Part shown: piece after piece, positions 11,623 to 22,530 of the stretch
Layout: each line of letters starts with the position of its first letter
Numbering within the stretch: position 1 is the stretch's first letter
Source of the DNA: Thermosulfurimonas dismutans
GTDB taxonomy: Bacteria; Desulfobacterota; Thermodesulfobacteria; Thermodesulfobacteriales; Thermodesulfobacteriaceae
Assembly (NCBI RefSeq): GCF_001652585.1
Contig: NZ_LWLG01000007.1
Coordinates: 50,498 to 82,497 of the forward strand
Direction of reading: 5' to 3'
DNA: 32,000 bases
Notes under the pieces: generated by a model
What the model was told of the DNA's origin: nothing
Seen by the model: the letters and a program-made list of their open reading frames with translations, nothing else
Database searches by the model: none
Made by a program: the position numbers and the translations under genes

Positions 11623-12838
11623 GACCTTTCCTTTTAAGCGTTTCATTGTCTTTACAGGCTGGGCGGAAACCCTATCTAGGGCCGCGGAGATAGCTGAAGA
11701 ACTCAAACTCGCAGTTTATGTAGTAGGCGGACCGGTCAGGGATTTTTTTTTGGAAAAACCCGTCAAGGACCTCGATCTCGTAGTAGAGGGTGAGGCTGAA
11801 GAATACGCTCGGGCCCTAAGCCGTGCCCTTTCTGGAGAAATCAAGGCTCGGTCTCCTTTCCTCACATATAAAATTGTTTTTCCCGGAGGAGAGTTGGATC
11901 TCGTAACCGCTCGCAAAGAGGTTTATCCCCGGCCGGCGGCCCTCCCAAAGGTCTCCCCGGGGAGCATCTCGGAGGACCTCTACCGTCGAGATTTCACCAT
12001 AAACGCTATGGCTGTGGGACTTTCAGGGCCTTTCAAGGAAAAGCTCCTTGATCCCTTCGGAGGCCTCTTTGACCTCGAGAGCGGCCTTATACGGGTTCTT
12101 CATATGAATTCCTTTGTGGACGATCCTACTCGTATTTTTCGGGCCGCCCGTTATGCCGTGCGTTTCGAGTTCGATCTGGCTAAGGAAACTATAGGAGCCC
12201 TAGGAAGGGCCTGGACTCAGGATGCCTTAAATCTCCTTACCTCAGCTCGTATCCGTGGAGAACTCCTGCGCGTGCTCTCTGAGAGAGCTCCCGAAAGGGT
12301 TATTTTGTGTCTCGAGAGTCTAGGGGTACTCCAGGCTTTGGGTCTTCCTGAACCCCCCGCTTTCCTAGAAAAAAGCTTAAAAATCATGAATGAGAAGACC
12401 TCGGCCAAAGTCCTTCTGAAAGGTCTCATCCTAAGTTTAACTCGGGCTGAAGCGGCTCTTTCCCAAAAACTAGGACTTTCAGAAAAAGAAGCCCTGGAGT
12501 TTCAAGGCGAGTGGCTAAAATTGCAAGAACTTTTACCCAACATATTGGCCGCTACCAAACCTAGCCAAAGATTTAGGCTTCTTTCGGGTTTTTCTCTCCC
12601 TGTCCTCATAGCCACTGCAAGTGTTGAAAAGGACTTTGGAGAACGATTAAAGGAATTTTTGGCCTTAAAAGAAGTGAAACCTCATCTCACCGGAGAAGAC
12701 CTCAAAGTTCTGGGCATCCCTCCCGGCCCTCAGATGAGGAAAATCCTACAAAATCTCCTTTATGCCCGTCTTGACGGAAAGGTTAGTAGCCGGGAAGAGG
12801 AACTAGCCTTGGTTGGCCGCCTATTGAAAAAATGTTAG
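11597..12838 (+). CDS. cca: CCA-adding enzyme / poly(A) polymerase family nucleotidyltransferase
   Basis: Head-domain motif VVGGPVRDFFL...DLDLVV and RDFTINAM. The track ORF starts at 11534 inside xerD. The ATG at 11597 (MKNITLE...) is the more plausible start. Confidence 0.75.
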   Translation: MKNITLEAKTFPFKRFIVFTGWAETLSRAAEIAEELKLAVYVVGGPVRDFFLEKPVKDLDLVVEGEAEEYARALSRALSGEIKARSPFLTYKIVFPGGELDLVTARKEVYPRPAALPKVSPGSISEDLYRRDFTINAMAVGLSGPFKEKLLDPFGGLFDLESGLIRVLHMNSFVDDPTRIFRAARYAVRFEFDLAKETIGALGRAWTQDALNLLTSARIRGELLRVLSERAPERVILCLESLGVLQALGLPEPPAFLEKSLKIMNEKTSAKVLLKGLILSLTRAEAALSQKLGLSEKEALEFQGEWLKLQELLPNILAATKPSQRFRLLSGFSLPVLIATASVEKDFGERLKEFLALKEVKPHLTGEDLKVLGIPPGPQMRKILQNLLYARLDGKVSSREEELALVGRLLKKC

Positions 12839-13497
12839 ATTTCGGATTTATGATCTTATCCCGTATCGGCGAATTTCTAATTATTCTCCCGGCCTTACTG
12901 GCAGCCATCGTGTTCCATGAGCTGGCTCACGGCTGGGTGGCCTGGCGCTTAGGAGATCCTACGGCCAAGGCCGCCGGACGCCTCAGCCTGAACCCCTTGA
13001 AACACATGGATCCTATAGGCACTTTGGTCCTGTTTCTGACTCAGGCCATAGGTTGGGCTAAACCCGTACCGGTAAATCCGACTTACTTTCGAAACCCCAG
13101 GCAGGATATGATGTTGGTAGGCCTGGCCGGTCCGGTAGCCAATTTCATTCTGGCTTTCGGCATGGCTTTCCTCTACCGAATCCTGCCGCATTTCCTCTCT
13201 GGTATGTATCCCCTTCTTGGTCCTCTCACCCTAGATTTTGGGAAGATTGTTTCAACCATGCTTTATATAGGAGTTCAAATCAACATAGGTTTAGCCCTAT
13301 TCAACCTTCTTCCGATACCGCCTCTGGATGGGAGTCGTATTCTGGCTGGAATACTTCCTTCTCGTCTGGCCTATATCTACCTTCGCTATGAATATTTGGG
13401 TTTTATATTTCTGGTTGCTCTCGTCTTTACAGGCCTGGTCGGAAAAATTATACTCCCGGTGATTATAACTCTTACGAGGTTGTTTCTCGGAGGTTAG
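12832..13497 (+). CDS. Site-2 protease family (M50) membrane metalloprotease
   Basis: 221 aa, multi-TM. Contains the HELAHG zinc motif and the NLLPIPPLDG motif. Confidence 0.75.
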   Translation: MLDFGFMILSRIGEFLIILPALLAAIVFHELAHGWVAWRLGDPTAKAAGRLSLNPLKHMDPIGTLVLFLTQAIGWAKPVPVNPTYFRNPRQDMMLVGLAGPVANFILAFGMAFLYRILPHFLSGMYPLLGPLTLDFGKIVSTMLYIGVQINIGLALFNLLPIPPLDGSRILAGILPSRLAYIYLRYEYLGFIFLVALVFTGLVGKIILPVIITLTRLFLGG

Positions 13498-13499
13498 CG

Positions 13500-14504
13500 G
13501 TGGCCAAAAAAAGAGTGTTGAGCGGGATGCGTCCGACGGGACCTCTTCATTTGGGTCATCTTCATGGGGTTTTACAAAACTGGCTTCAGCTTCAGAAGGA
13601 ATACGAGTGCTTTTACTTTGTAGCTGATTGGCATGCTCTGACTACGGAATACGAAAATCCTCGGCGCATTCCGAAAAATACCCGGGAACTGCTCCTAGAA
13701 TGGCTTTCCGTAGGTCTTTCTCCGGAAAAAGCCACTCTTTTTGTACAGTCGGCCATCAAGGAACACGCGGAGCTCTACCTCCTCTTTGGAATGATCGTTC
13801 CGGTGCCCTGGCTTGAGCGCAATCCCACCTACAAGGAAATGCTTCAAAACTTGAAAAACAAGGACCTAACCACCTATGGTTTTCTGGGTTATCCGGTACT
13901 TCAGGCCGCGGATATTCTGATCTACAAAGCCGAAAAAGTGCCCGTAGGCGTGGATCAACTGCCGCATCTCGAACTCACTCGAGAGATCGCTCGCCGTTTC
14001 AACTACCTCTACGAGCGGGAGGTCTTCCCTCTACCGGAACCCATTCTCTCCCAAGAAGCCGCCAAGGTGCCAGGACTTGACGGTCGCAAGATGAGCAAGA
14101 GCTATGGTAACGCCATCTTTTTGAACGATTCCGAAGCAGAGGTCCAAAAGAAGATCCTTTACATGGTTACTGATACCGAAAGGCCTAGGAAGAGCGATCC
14201 AGGAGATCCGGAAAACCGCTGTGTAGCCTTTAACCTTATTAAGCTTTACACTCCGCAGGAAAGGATTCAGGAAATCATCGAAGACTGTAAAGCCGCCCGT
14301 CTGGGTTGCAAGGACTGTAAAAGAGAACTCGCCGAACGGGTGGTGGAGGCCTTAAGACCCATTTGGGATAAACGTGTTGAACTGGAGAAGCAAAAAGATC
14401 TTTTCGAAGAAATCGTTTCCGAAGGCAATCGCCGAGCCCGGGAAGTAGCCCAAACCACCCTAGAGGAGGCCAAAGAGATCCTTTGGGGAATCTCTTATTT
14501 TTAG
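13500..14504 (+). CDS. trpS: Tryptophan--tRNA ligase
   Basis: 334 aa with a GTG start. Class I signatures PTGPLHLGHLHG and KMSKS. Confidence 0.95.
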   Translation: MAKKRVLSGMRPTGPLHLGHLHGVLQNWLQLQKEYECFYFVADWHALTTEYENPRRIPKNTRELLLEWLSVGLSPEKATLFVQSAIKEHAELYLLFGMIVPVPWLERNPTYKEMLQNLKNKDLTTYGFLGYPVLQAADILIYKAEKVPVGVDQLPHLELTREIARRFNYLYEREVFPLPEPILSQEAAKVPGLDGRKMSKSYGNAIFLNDSEAEVQKKILYMVTDTERPRKSDPGDPENRCVAFNLIKLYTPQERIQEIIEDCKAARLGCKDCKRELAERVVEALRPIWDKRVELEKQKDLFEEIVSEGNRRAREVAQTTLEEAKEILWGISYF

Positions 14505-15196
14505 GCTACAATCGGAATTTCGCGTAAAAACCGAATTGTTCTCCCGTCATAGCCTAGGACTAAGGCCTTGACAAGGAGACCTTTTGACAAGGCCGCTTTC
14601 AAAGCCCTGCTAAAAGCCGGTTGGATATCTTCGGCGGGTACAACTTTTCGAGCCTCCTTTCTGAAAACCAGAAAAAGCAAGCCGGCCCTGTGGCCACTTT
14701 CGAGAAGGCTTCTCAGCGTCTTGAGGTGCTTCAAGCCCCTTTCCGTAGGGGCATCCGGAAAGAGGGCCGTTTCCTCATGGGCCCAGGTAACCCCCTTGAC
14801 TTCAAGATAAAGGTCGCCAGAGGAGGTCTTTAATAGAAAATCCAAGCGGCCCTCCCCTACTCCGGGCTCGGGATAAATTTCATAAAAGTCGCCAAAAGGT
14901 TTTAGTTTAAAAAGAAGGTTGGCCGTAATCTTTCGGTGATAACCCGAATGACAGAAACACCAGTAATCCCGAATACGAAAGGCCAAAAGATCCCAGCGGG
15001 TCTTCCTTCTAGGATTTTTGGCACGGGCCAGGAGGACCTCCCGTCCCGGAATGGCCAGATCTGGAAGTCTTCCGGGATCATGAAGATGAACTTCCTCCCG
15101 GATCCCTGGCCCCAATTCCACTACGGATAAAAATCGGTTAGGTCTTGAGATAAAAAGGCCTTTGGTATTCGCTGGAATTTCGAAGATCTCGCTCAA
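14501..15196 (-). CDS. sfsA: Sugar fermentation stimulation protein homologue
   Basis: 231 aa. The N-terminus GLFISRPNRFLSVVEL... and overall layout are typical of SfsA. Confidence 0.8.
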   Translation of the reverse strand: MSEIFEIPANTKGLFISRPNRFLSVVELGPGIREEVHLHDPGRLPDLAIPGREVLLARAKNPRRKTRWDLLAFRIRDYWCFCHSGYHRKITANLLFKLKPFGDFYEIYPEPGVGEGRLDFLLKTSSGDLYLEVKGVTWAHEETALFPDAPTERGLKHLKTLRSLLESGHRAGLLFLVFRKEARKVVPAEDIQPAFSRALKAALSKGLLVKALVLGYDGRTIRFLREIPIVA

Positions 15197-16206
15197 TTCA
15201 TCCTCTGAAAGAATTTTCCCGGAAGACTCTGGACGAGTCCCTTGAGTTCAAGGAGTAAAAGCAACTCCGAAAGCTCAGTAACCGGGAGCCCGGTTTCCGC
15301 TATCAGCTCATCAAAATGTTTGGGATTAACGGAAAGGACCCCAAGGAGCTTCTCTTCTGAAGGGGATAGCCCTACGACATTATCGTTTTTTTCTTCGTTA
15401 ATTTCCCTAATTACACCTAAAACTTCAATAACATCTTTAGGAGAAGTAACCGGATAAGCACCCTCTCGGATAAGATAGTGTGTACCCTGGCTGGCTTCTG
15501 AGAACACGCTTCCTGGAACAGCCATTACTTCCCGACCTTGGTCAGCAGCCAATCTGGCGGTGATGAGGGAGCCACTCCTCTGGGCGGCCTCCACCACCAG
15601 TACACCTTTACTCATCCCGCTTATGATACGATTTCGCCGGGGAAAACGCCAACGCTCAGGTCTTGAACCGAAAGGAAACTCCGAAATCAAGGCCCCTCCC
15701 CGAGCCACGATTTTTTCCGCAAGCTTTCGGTTTTCATAAGGATAAATCCAATCCAGTCCGGAACCGAGAACCGCCACCGTATAGCCTTCGGCCGAAAGCG
15801 CTCCCCTATGGGCTTCAGTGTCTATCCCTAAGGCCAGCCCTGAAACGATCCCTAGACCGAGAGAGGCCAGCTCCTTGGCCCATTCAAAGGCCACCTTGCG
15901 CCCGTAAGGAGTGGGCTTGCGGGTTCCTACCATTGCAAGGTAGCAAGCCTCGGATTCCAATCTACCCTTAACATAAAGAAAGGCAGGGGGATCTTTTATT
16001 TCCTTGAGAATAGAAGGATACTCAGGGTCTTCGAAAAAAACTATTTTGGCACCTAATTTTGCGGCCTTCTGCCATTCTTCCCGTCCGCGAAGGACGGCTT
16101 CACCTTCAGAAACATTTGGTTCCTGGACTGCCAACTTGGCCATCGAGAGACTCTTACCAGTGAGGATCACAAAGCCGAGGAGAAAGAGCTTTTCTTCAGG
16201 AGACAT
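15193..16206 (-). CDS. dprA: DNA processing protein DprA
   Basis: 337 aa. Rossmann core IVSGLALGIDTEAHRGAL, plus a C-terminal winged-helix-like tail. Confidence 0.85.
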   Translation of the reverse strand: MSPEEKLFLLGFVILTGKSLSMAKLAVQEPNVSEGEAVLRGREEWQKAAKLGAKIVFFEDPEYPSILKEIKDPPAFLYVKGRLESEACYLAMVGTRKPTPYGRKVAFEWAKELASLGLGIVSGLALGIDTEAHRGALSAEGYTVAVLGSGLDWIYPYENRKLAEKIVARGGALISEFPFGSRPERWRFPRRNRIISGMSKGVLVVEAAQRSGSLITARLAADQGREVMAVPGSVFSEASQGTHYLIREGAYPVTSPKDVIEVLGVIREINEEKNDNVVGLSPSEEKLLGVLSVNPKHFDELIAETGLPVTELSELLLLLELKGLVQSLPGKFFQRMN

Positions 16207-16828
16207 CCGTTTTGAAAAGGACGCTTATCTCTCCGGAGCGGACCTTGACTTCGGCTTCCGGTGAAAGGGTTTCAGCCGCAACCTTAAGATATGGATTTTC
16301 CGGAGATATCACTTCTGGAAAAACCTTTACTTTCAATAAAACACCTTCAGGAATATGTTCACCTGAGAGGCTAAGCTTTACCCCTTTTTCCACCAGATCG
16401 AAGACCAGCGCAAAAAAGAGGGCACAAAGTCCAGCCCGCAAACGATTGGCTGGTATTTTGACTCTGAAGGGGCCCTTCTCAAAGTGAAAACTTTTCTCTA
16501 CTTTATGTTTGAAGGTGAGTTCGGCTTCCCAGAAAGTTACCTCTCTTTCTATCATTTCCTTCAAATCCCAAGGGCCTTCAGATTCGTTTCCTAGTTCCGA
16601 TTCCGCGGCCGAAAGAAGATCCACCAGGCGATAAACTTGTTTTTTCATGCGCACCAAATAATTCTCGAAAAGAGTTCGCACTTCTTCAGGCAAGTTTGCA
16701 AGCTTGAGATTGGTTTCAAGAAGTTCTATTTGCATGAGAATGGCCTGAACCGGTCCTCTAAGATTGTGTAAATAACCTTTAAAAAGGAGACCTAACGCGG
16801 TATTCCTTAACAAAAGAGATATGTCCAT
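16196..16828 (-). CDS. Hypothetical protein with histidine-kinase-like H-box (degenerate kinase?)
   Basis: 210 aa. GYLHNLRGPVQAILMQIELLE resembles a HisKA H-box (h-HELR-PL). No N, G1 or G2 ATP-lid motifs were recognised downstream. Confidence 0.45.
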   Translation of the reverse strand: MDISLLLRNTALGLLFKGYLHNLRGPVQAILMQIELLETNLKLANLPEEVRTLFENYLVRMKKQVYRLVDLLSAAESELGNESEGPWDLKEMIEREVTFWEAELTFKHKVEKSFHFEKGPFRVKIPANRLRAGLCALFFALVFDLVEKGVKLSLSGEHIPEGVLLKVKVFPEVISPENPYLKVAAETLSPEAEVKVRSGEISVLFKTDVS

Positions 16829-16882
16829 TAAAAATTTCCTAGCATAGTCCGATATTAAAAGTCAAGTGGTGGAAAGTTCTAT

Positions 16883-17347
16883 TTAGATTTTGTCCAGACA
16901 AAACTCTACTACTAGGGGGTGACCTTCGAGCTCAAAAAGCAGAACCAAATGAGGGGACTTGCAAAGGGGGTGAATATGATGATCCTTCCCAGTAACAAGA
17001 GAGGGCGTGGAAGCCTTGAGGCTTACCCCCTGTTTTTCGAAGCGCCTCCTAAAGGCCCCGCAGATCATGTTGGCCATTTCTCCAGCCGCATCCACCACTT
17101 CATGATTGAGCTCCTGAGGCGCGCTTCCGAAAAGAGCGGACACGATTCTGAAAAGGACCTCCTTGGAAAAAGAAACTATGAAGACCCCTTTTACCTTCTC
17201 GCCTGTAAGACCGGCAACCGCCGAAACCTCTCCGAAAGAGACCTCATTATCTCTAAGAAATTGTTTCTTGAAGACTGGCTCCGCCCCAGTATAAGTTACG
17301 ATAACTTCTCTTACTGATTCCTTTAAGGCCTCAACTAAAGGATTCAT
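16883..17347 (-). CDS. cheX: CheX-like chemotaxis phosphatase family protein
   Basis: 154 aa. VDAAGEMANMICGAF and the overall size are typical of CheX/CheC-like proteins. Confidence 0.7.
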   Translation of the reverse strand: MNPLVEALKESVREVIVTYTGAEPVFKKQFLRDNEVSFGEVSAVAGLTGEKVKGVFIVSFSKEVLFRIVSALFGSAPQELNHEVVDAAGEMANMICGAFRRRFEKQGVSLKASTPSLVTGKDHHIHPLCKSPHLVLLFELEGHPLVVEFCLDKI

Positions 17348-17717
17348 TCTTCTTTAAATACTCCTTCATCTCCTCCCAAGAAATTCCCTCTTCGAACCCA
17401 GGACAAGTGCTCTTTATAATCTCAAAACTCTCAACATCTTTCAAGATACTAGGATGAAGAGGCCATTCGCGACAGCGATCAGGCTTTACCGGATGGACTC
17501 GGCAGAGACCTTCTTTTTCGTCATAAAAAATACAGTGTCCATTTATAGTTTTCATTTCGATACGTTTGTCCTTCCTTACTGCATACCTTTTCAAAAAGTC
17601 ATCCTTTGAAAGCCCTAGATAAACAGCCATGCGCTCAATTTCTTCCGGCAAGAGCGAAACCGTGCTTTCTCCCTGACAGCAAAAACCGCAACGTTTACAT
17701 TCAAAGACTTTCTTCAT
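17331..17717 (-). CDS. YkgJ-family cysteine-cluster (zinc/iron-chelating) protein
   Basis: 128 aa with the family signature CKRCGFCCQ (CxxCxxCC). Confidence 0.7.
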   Translation of the reverse strand: MKKVFECKRCGFCCQGESTVSLLPEEIERMAVYLGLSKDDFLKRYAVRKDKRIEMKTINGHCIFYDEKEGLCRVHPVKPDRCREWPLHPSILKDVESFEIIKSTCPGFEEGISWEEMKEYLKKNESFS

Positions 17718-18377
17718 AGGGGATGGGGTCCTCTAATCCAGCTTCGGAAAAGGCCTTGAGCCTCAACCTACAGGACTCACAACGTCCGCAAGCCACCTTT
17801 TCGTTCTGGTAACAGGACCAAGTGAGATGAAACGGGGCTCCTAACTGGACCCCCAGTCTAACGATTTCGGGCTTAGTTAGGTTTATAAGCGGGGTCTCTA
17901 TTCTGATATGGGTTTCAGGACGGGTCCCCTCCTCGATGGTCCGCTCAAAGGCATCGAAAAAACTTCGGCGACAGTCTGGGTAGCCTGAAAAGTCTACTTG
18001 ATTGGCCCCTATAAAGATTTTTTCGGCTCCGATAACCTCAGCCCAAGAGACGGCCACACAGAGAAAATGGGCATTTCTGAAGGGCACATAAGTTATAGGA
18101 ATACGTTCAGGATCGGGCTCCTCTTCCGGGACCGAAAGTTTGGTATCTGTAAGGGCCGACCCTCCGATGGCTTTAAGGGCCGGCACCTCGGTCACCAGAC
18201 GAAACTTCGGCCTAAAGTGTTCACACAAGTCAAAGAAGGCCTTTTCCTCCCGGGACTCAGTACGTTGGCCGTATTTTACATGTAGAAAGGCCACGTCGTG
18301 CTCTTGGGCGGCCACCGCAGCCGTTACACAAGAATCAAGACCGCCCGAAACGAGAACCACCGCCAGAGGTCTCTTCA

Positions 18378-18378
<1 letters not shown>
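17701..18378 (-). CDS. queC: 7-cyano-7-deazaguanine synthase
   Basis: 225 aa. PP-loop VVLVSGGLDS and C-terminal Zn cluster CGRCESCRLR. Confidence 0.9.
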
Positions 18379-19643
<1,265 letters not shown>

Positions 19644-20807
19644 CTATTTTTCGAAACCTGCAAGCTCTTTGATCTTTTCTACCATATCCAGACGTTCCCA
19701 GGTGAAATCCGGATCCGGACGTCCAAAGTGCCCGTAACAGGCAGTTTTCCGGAAGATCGGCCGACGCATATTGAGATATTCAATCATTTCTCGCGGACGA
19801 AAATCGAATAGTTCTTTTATGATTTCAACGATCCTTTCTATCGGTATGGTATTAGTACCATAAGTCTGTACATTTATGGCCAGAGGCTCTGGGACCCCAA
19901 TAGCATAAGCCACCTGCACCTCAAGTTCCCGGGCCACACCGGCGGCCACCATATTCTTGGCCACGTAGCGCGCATAATAAGAAGGAGTGCGGTCCACCTT
20001 GGTAGGATCTTTACCTGAGAAAGCTCCTCCTCCGTGATGTCCCCGACCGCCATAGGTATCTACAATGATCTTACGGCCTGTCATACCGCAGTCCGCAAGG
20101 GGACCTCCGATCACAAAGCGTCCGGTAGTATTCACCAAAAACTTGGTTTCGGAAGTAAGATGTTCCGGTGCCACCACCTTTTTGATAACCTCCTCTACGA
20201 TGGCCTCCTTGAGCTCTTTGTATTCAACCCAAGGTTCATGCTGGGCCGCAACCACCACCGTGTGGACTGCTACCGGCCTCCGATCTTCGTATTGAATCGT
20301 GACTTGAGTCTTCCCATCAGGTCGCAGAAAAGGAAGGATGCCCTTCTTCCTCACTTCGGCCAAACGCATGGCCAAACGATGAGCATACCAGATAGGCATA
20401 GGCATATAATCGGGGGTCTCATCGCAGGCGTAGCCGAACATAAGGCCTTGGTCTCCGGCCCCGATTTCCTCGCCCCGGTCAACCCCCATGGCAATGTCCG
20501 GACTCTGACGATCGATACTGGTTAGAACTGCACAAGTCTGCCAGTCAAAACCGAGATCCGAGTGATTGTAACCGATCTCTTTGACTACCCCGCGGGCAAT
20601 GGTGGCGTAGTCCACCCGGGCCTCGGTGGTAATCTCTCCGGCGATAAGGATCATACCGGTATTGACCAAGGTCTCACAGGCCACCCTGGCATAAGGGTCC
20701 TTTTCCAAGATAGCATCCAAGATAGCGTCTGAAATTTGATCCGCAACTTTATCGGGATGACCTTCCGTAACCGATTCAGAGGTAAAAAGAAAATTGGAGA
20801 GCCCCAT
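19644..20807 (-). CDS. metK: S-adenosylmethionine synthetase
   Basis: 387 aa. Motifs [23 protein letters not shown] and [20 protein letters not shown]. Confidence 0.97.
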   Translation of the reverse strand: MGLSNFLFTSESVTEGHPDKVADQISDAILDAILEKDPYARVACETLVNTGMILIAGEITTEARVDYATIARGVVKEIGYNHSDLGFDWQTCAVLTSIDRQSPDIAMGVDRGEEIGAGDQGLMFGYACDETPDYMPMPIWYAHRLAMRLAEVRKKGILPFLRPDGKTQVTIQYEDRRPVAVHTVVVAAQHEPWVEYKELKEAIVEEVIKKVVAPEHLTSETKFLVNTTGRFVIGGPLADCGMTGRKIIVDTYGGRGHHGGGAFSGKDPTKVDRTPSYYARYVAKNMVAAGVARELEVQVAYAIGVPEPLAINVQTYGTNTIPIERIVEIIKELFDFRPREMIEYLNMRRPIFRKTACYGHFGRPDPDFTWERLDMVEKIKELAGFEK

Positions 20808-20887
20808 TCCTTGACCTCCTTTTAGATCTCAGGGTTTACCTAAACCGGATTTAGGAAGATTTGTCAAGCAAATAAACAAATAAAAAA

Positions 20888-20913
20888 TGGCGTCCCCGGC
20901 GGGATTCGAACCC
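20888..20913 (-). other. Orphan tRNA 3'-end fragment (tRNA-Glu-like) with encoded CCA; possible att-site remnant
   Basis: The minus strand reads GGGTTCGAATCCCGCCGGGGACGCCA. This covers the T-loop TTCGAAT, the 3' T-stem, the 7-nt acceptor 3' strand, discriminator G and CCA, followed by TTTTTT. No matching 5' acceptor strand (GTCCCCG), D arm or anticodon arm lies upstream. Confidence 0.6.
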
Positions 20914-21071
20914 TAAAATATCCTATATTTCGTACAGATTTTGCAAGAAAGTCAAAGAAATGTCAAGTCCGCATGGAAAAATTCCCGAGAAAAAGATATA
21001 AATAATTCTTGACCTTAATGAAAGATCCGGTGTAGACCATACAAAAGTGGTCGAAAAACACGGGGGCCCTG

Positions 21072-22496
21072 ATGAAGAAAGAACCTCCCAAAACTAAGAT
21101 TATCGGCACCATCGGGCCGGCCTCAGCCTCCCGAAAGGTCCTCCAGCAGATGATCCAGGCGGGGATGAGTATTGCCCGCCTCAATCTCGCTCACGGAACC
21201 CCCGAACTTCACGAACAATACATCGCCCTGGTGCGGGCTGCGGCCCGGACGGCAGGACGAAAGGTGGCCATCATGGCCGATCTTCCCGGCCCCAAGATCC
21301 GGGTAGGTGTCCTTCCAGAGGAACCCCTGGAACTCAAAAAGGGAGCCCGGATCTTCCTAGTTCCTCACGAGCGCACTAACGATCCCCGGACCATCCCCAT
21401 ACCCCTACCCGGTCTTCTGGAGATCCTGCGCCCTAAACATTCCGTCTATCTCAACGACGGTCTCATCCAGCTCATGGTGGAGGAGGTCCTGCGGGATAAG
21501 GCCCGGGCCAGGGTGGTCGTGGGAGGGGAACTCTTTTCGCACAAGGGGGTAAACTTCCCGGGAATAGATCTGGGGCTTTCCGCCTTCACCGAGGAGGATC
21601 AGCGCCTCATGTCTTTTGCCCTGGCCCACGGGGTTGAGGCCATAAGTCTTTCCTTTGTGGAAGGCCCGGAAGAAATACGCAAAGCCCGGGAATACGCCCG
21701 CTCTCTTGGATATTCTCCGTTTATCATCGCCAAGATCGAACGCGCCCAGGCAGTGAAAAACTTTTCCGCCATCCTGGAAGAGGCCGACGGGATCATGATC
21801 GCCCGCGGAGATCTGGGAGTCGAGATTCCCATCGAGGAGATAGCCGTGGTTCAAAAGTCCCTCATAGAAAAGGCTGCTCTTGCCGGAAAGGTGGTCATCA
21901 CCGCCACGCAGATGCTTAAGTCCATGACGCACAATCGGCGCCCCACCCGGGCCGAGGTCACGGACGTGGCCAATGCCATCCTGGATGGAACGGACTGTCT
22001 CATGCTTTCCGAAGAAACCGCCGCCGGGCTCTATCCCGTGGAAGCGGTAAAGATGATGGCCAAAATCGCCATAGTGACCGAGAAGGAAAGGAAATACTTC
22101 CCGGTTCGCGAAAACCTCCTGGCCTCTTTTCACAAGGGAAAGATCAGCCTGGATGATGTCCTTTCGCTGGATGTTTTTACCACCGTGGAGCATCTGAAGG
22201 TCAAGGCGATAATCATTCCCACCGATACCGGGGCTACGGCCAGGAAGGTGGCCCGCTTTCGTCTACCGGTCTGGATCTACGCCTTTAGCCCCCACGAATC
22301 CACCTGTGAGCGTTTGCTCTTTTATTACGGAGTGAGACCGGCCCTTCTTACCGAAAGTCTCAGCGATTGGCAGGGGTTTGCTCTCCACTGGTTACGAAAG
22401 AACATCCTCAAAGAAGGACTCGTCGTCTCCCTGCAACGCACCTTCCTCGGCTCCCACAAGACTTACCGCCTGGAACTAATCGAAGTGGAAAATTGA
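21072..22496 (+). CDS. pyk: Pyruvate kinase
   Basis: 474 aa. The N-terminus reads KTKIIGTIGPAS...MSIARLNLAHG. Also contains MIARGDLGVEIP and the MLSEETAAG-type motif. Confidence 0.95.
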   Translation: MKKEPPKTKIIGTIGPASASRKVLQQMIQAGMSIARLNLAHGTPELHEQYIALVRAAARTAGRKVAIMADLPGPKIRVGVLPEEPLELKKGARIFLVPHERTNDPRTIPIPLPGLLEILRPKHSVYLNDGLIQLMVEEVLRDKARARVVVGGELFSHKGVNFPGIDLGLSAFTEEDQRLMSFALAHGVEAISLSFVEGPEEIRKAREYARSLGYSPFIIAKIERAQAVKNFSAILEEADGIMIARGDLGVEIPIEEIAVVQKSLIEKAALAGKVVITATQMLKSMTHNRRPTRAEVTDVANAILDGTDCLMLSEETAAGLYPVEAVKMMAKIAIVTEKERKYFPVRENLLASFHKGKISLDDVLSLDVFTTVEHLKVKAIIIPTDTGATARKVARFRLPVWIYAFSPHESTCERLLFYYGVRPALLTESLSDWQGFALHWLRKNILKEGLVVSLQRTFLGSHKTYRLELIEVEN

Positions 22497-22530
22497 AGGC
22501 GTCCCGCGATGGCCTTGAATTCCGCTTTTT

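Noticed and set aside
20888-20965. Possible complete tRNA gene on the minus strand
   Set aside because: Only the last 26 nt (T-loop to CCA) are tRNA-like. The required T-stem 5' strand (GCGGG) reads TAGGG, and no GTCCCCG acceptor strand, D arm or anticodon arm follows. It is called as a fragment instead.
20963-21184. 73-aa minus-strand ORF spanning the pyk start
   Set aside because: It overlaps the pyk 5' end in antisense and runs into AT-rich intergenic DNA. It has no RBS or motifs.
21405-22193. 262-aa minus-strand ORF
   Set aside because: It lies entirely antisense to the well-supported pyruvate kinase gene in a GC-rich stretch. Its composition is low-complexity (G/P/R/H-rich) and no motifs are present, so it is a shadow ORF.
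22498-22512. Second tRNA-end-like copy (GGCGTCCCGCGATGG) exactly at the pyk/cas2 boundary, which would make a direct repeat with 20888-20913
   Set aside because: Only an 8-nt core (GGCGTCCC) is identical, and extending it needs several gaps. An 8-mer match is expected by chance in 2 x 32 kb. It is worth a computational check but is not supportable by eye.
22497-22530. Bidirectional terminator between the convergent pyk and cas2 genes (T6-C-A6 palindrome)
   Set aside because: No convincing GC-rich stem precedes the T-run on either strand, and only 2-3-bp pairings were found.
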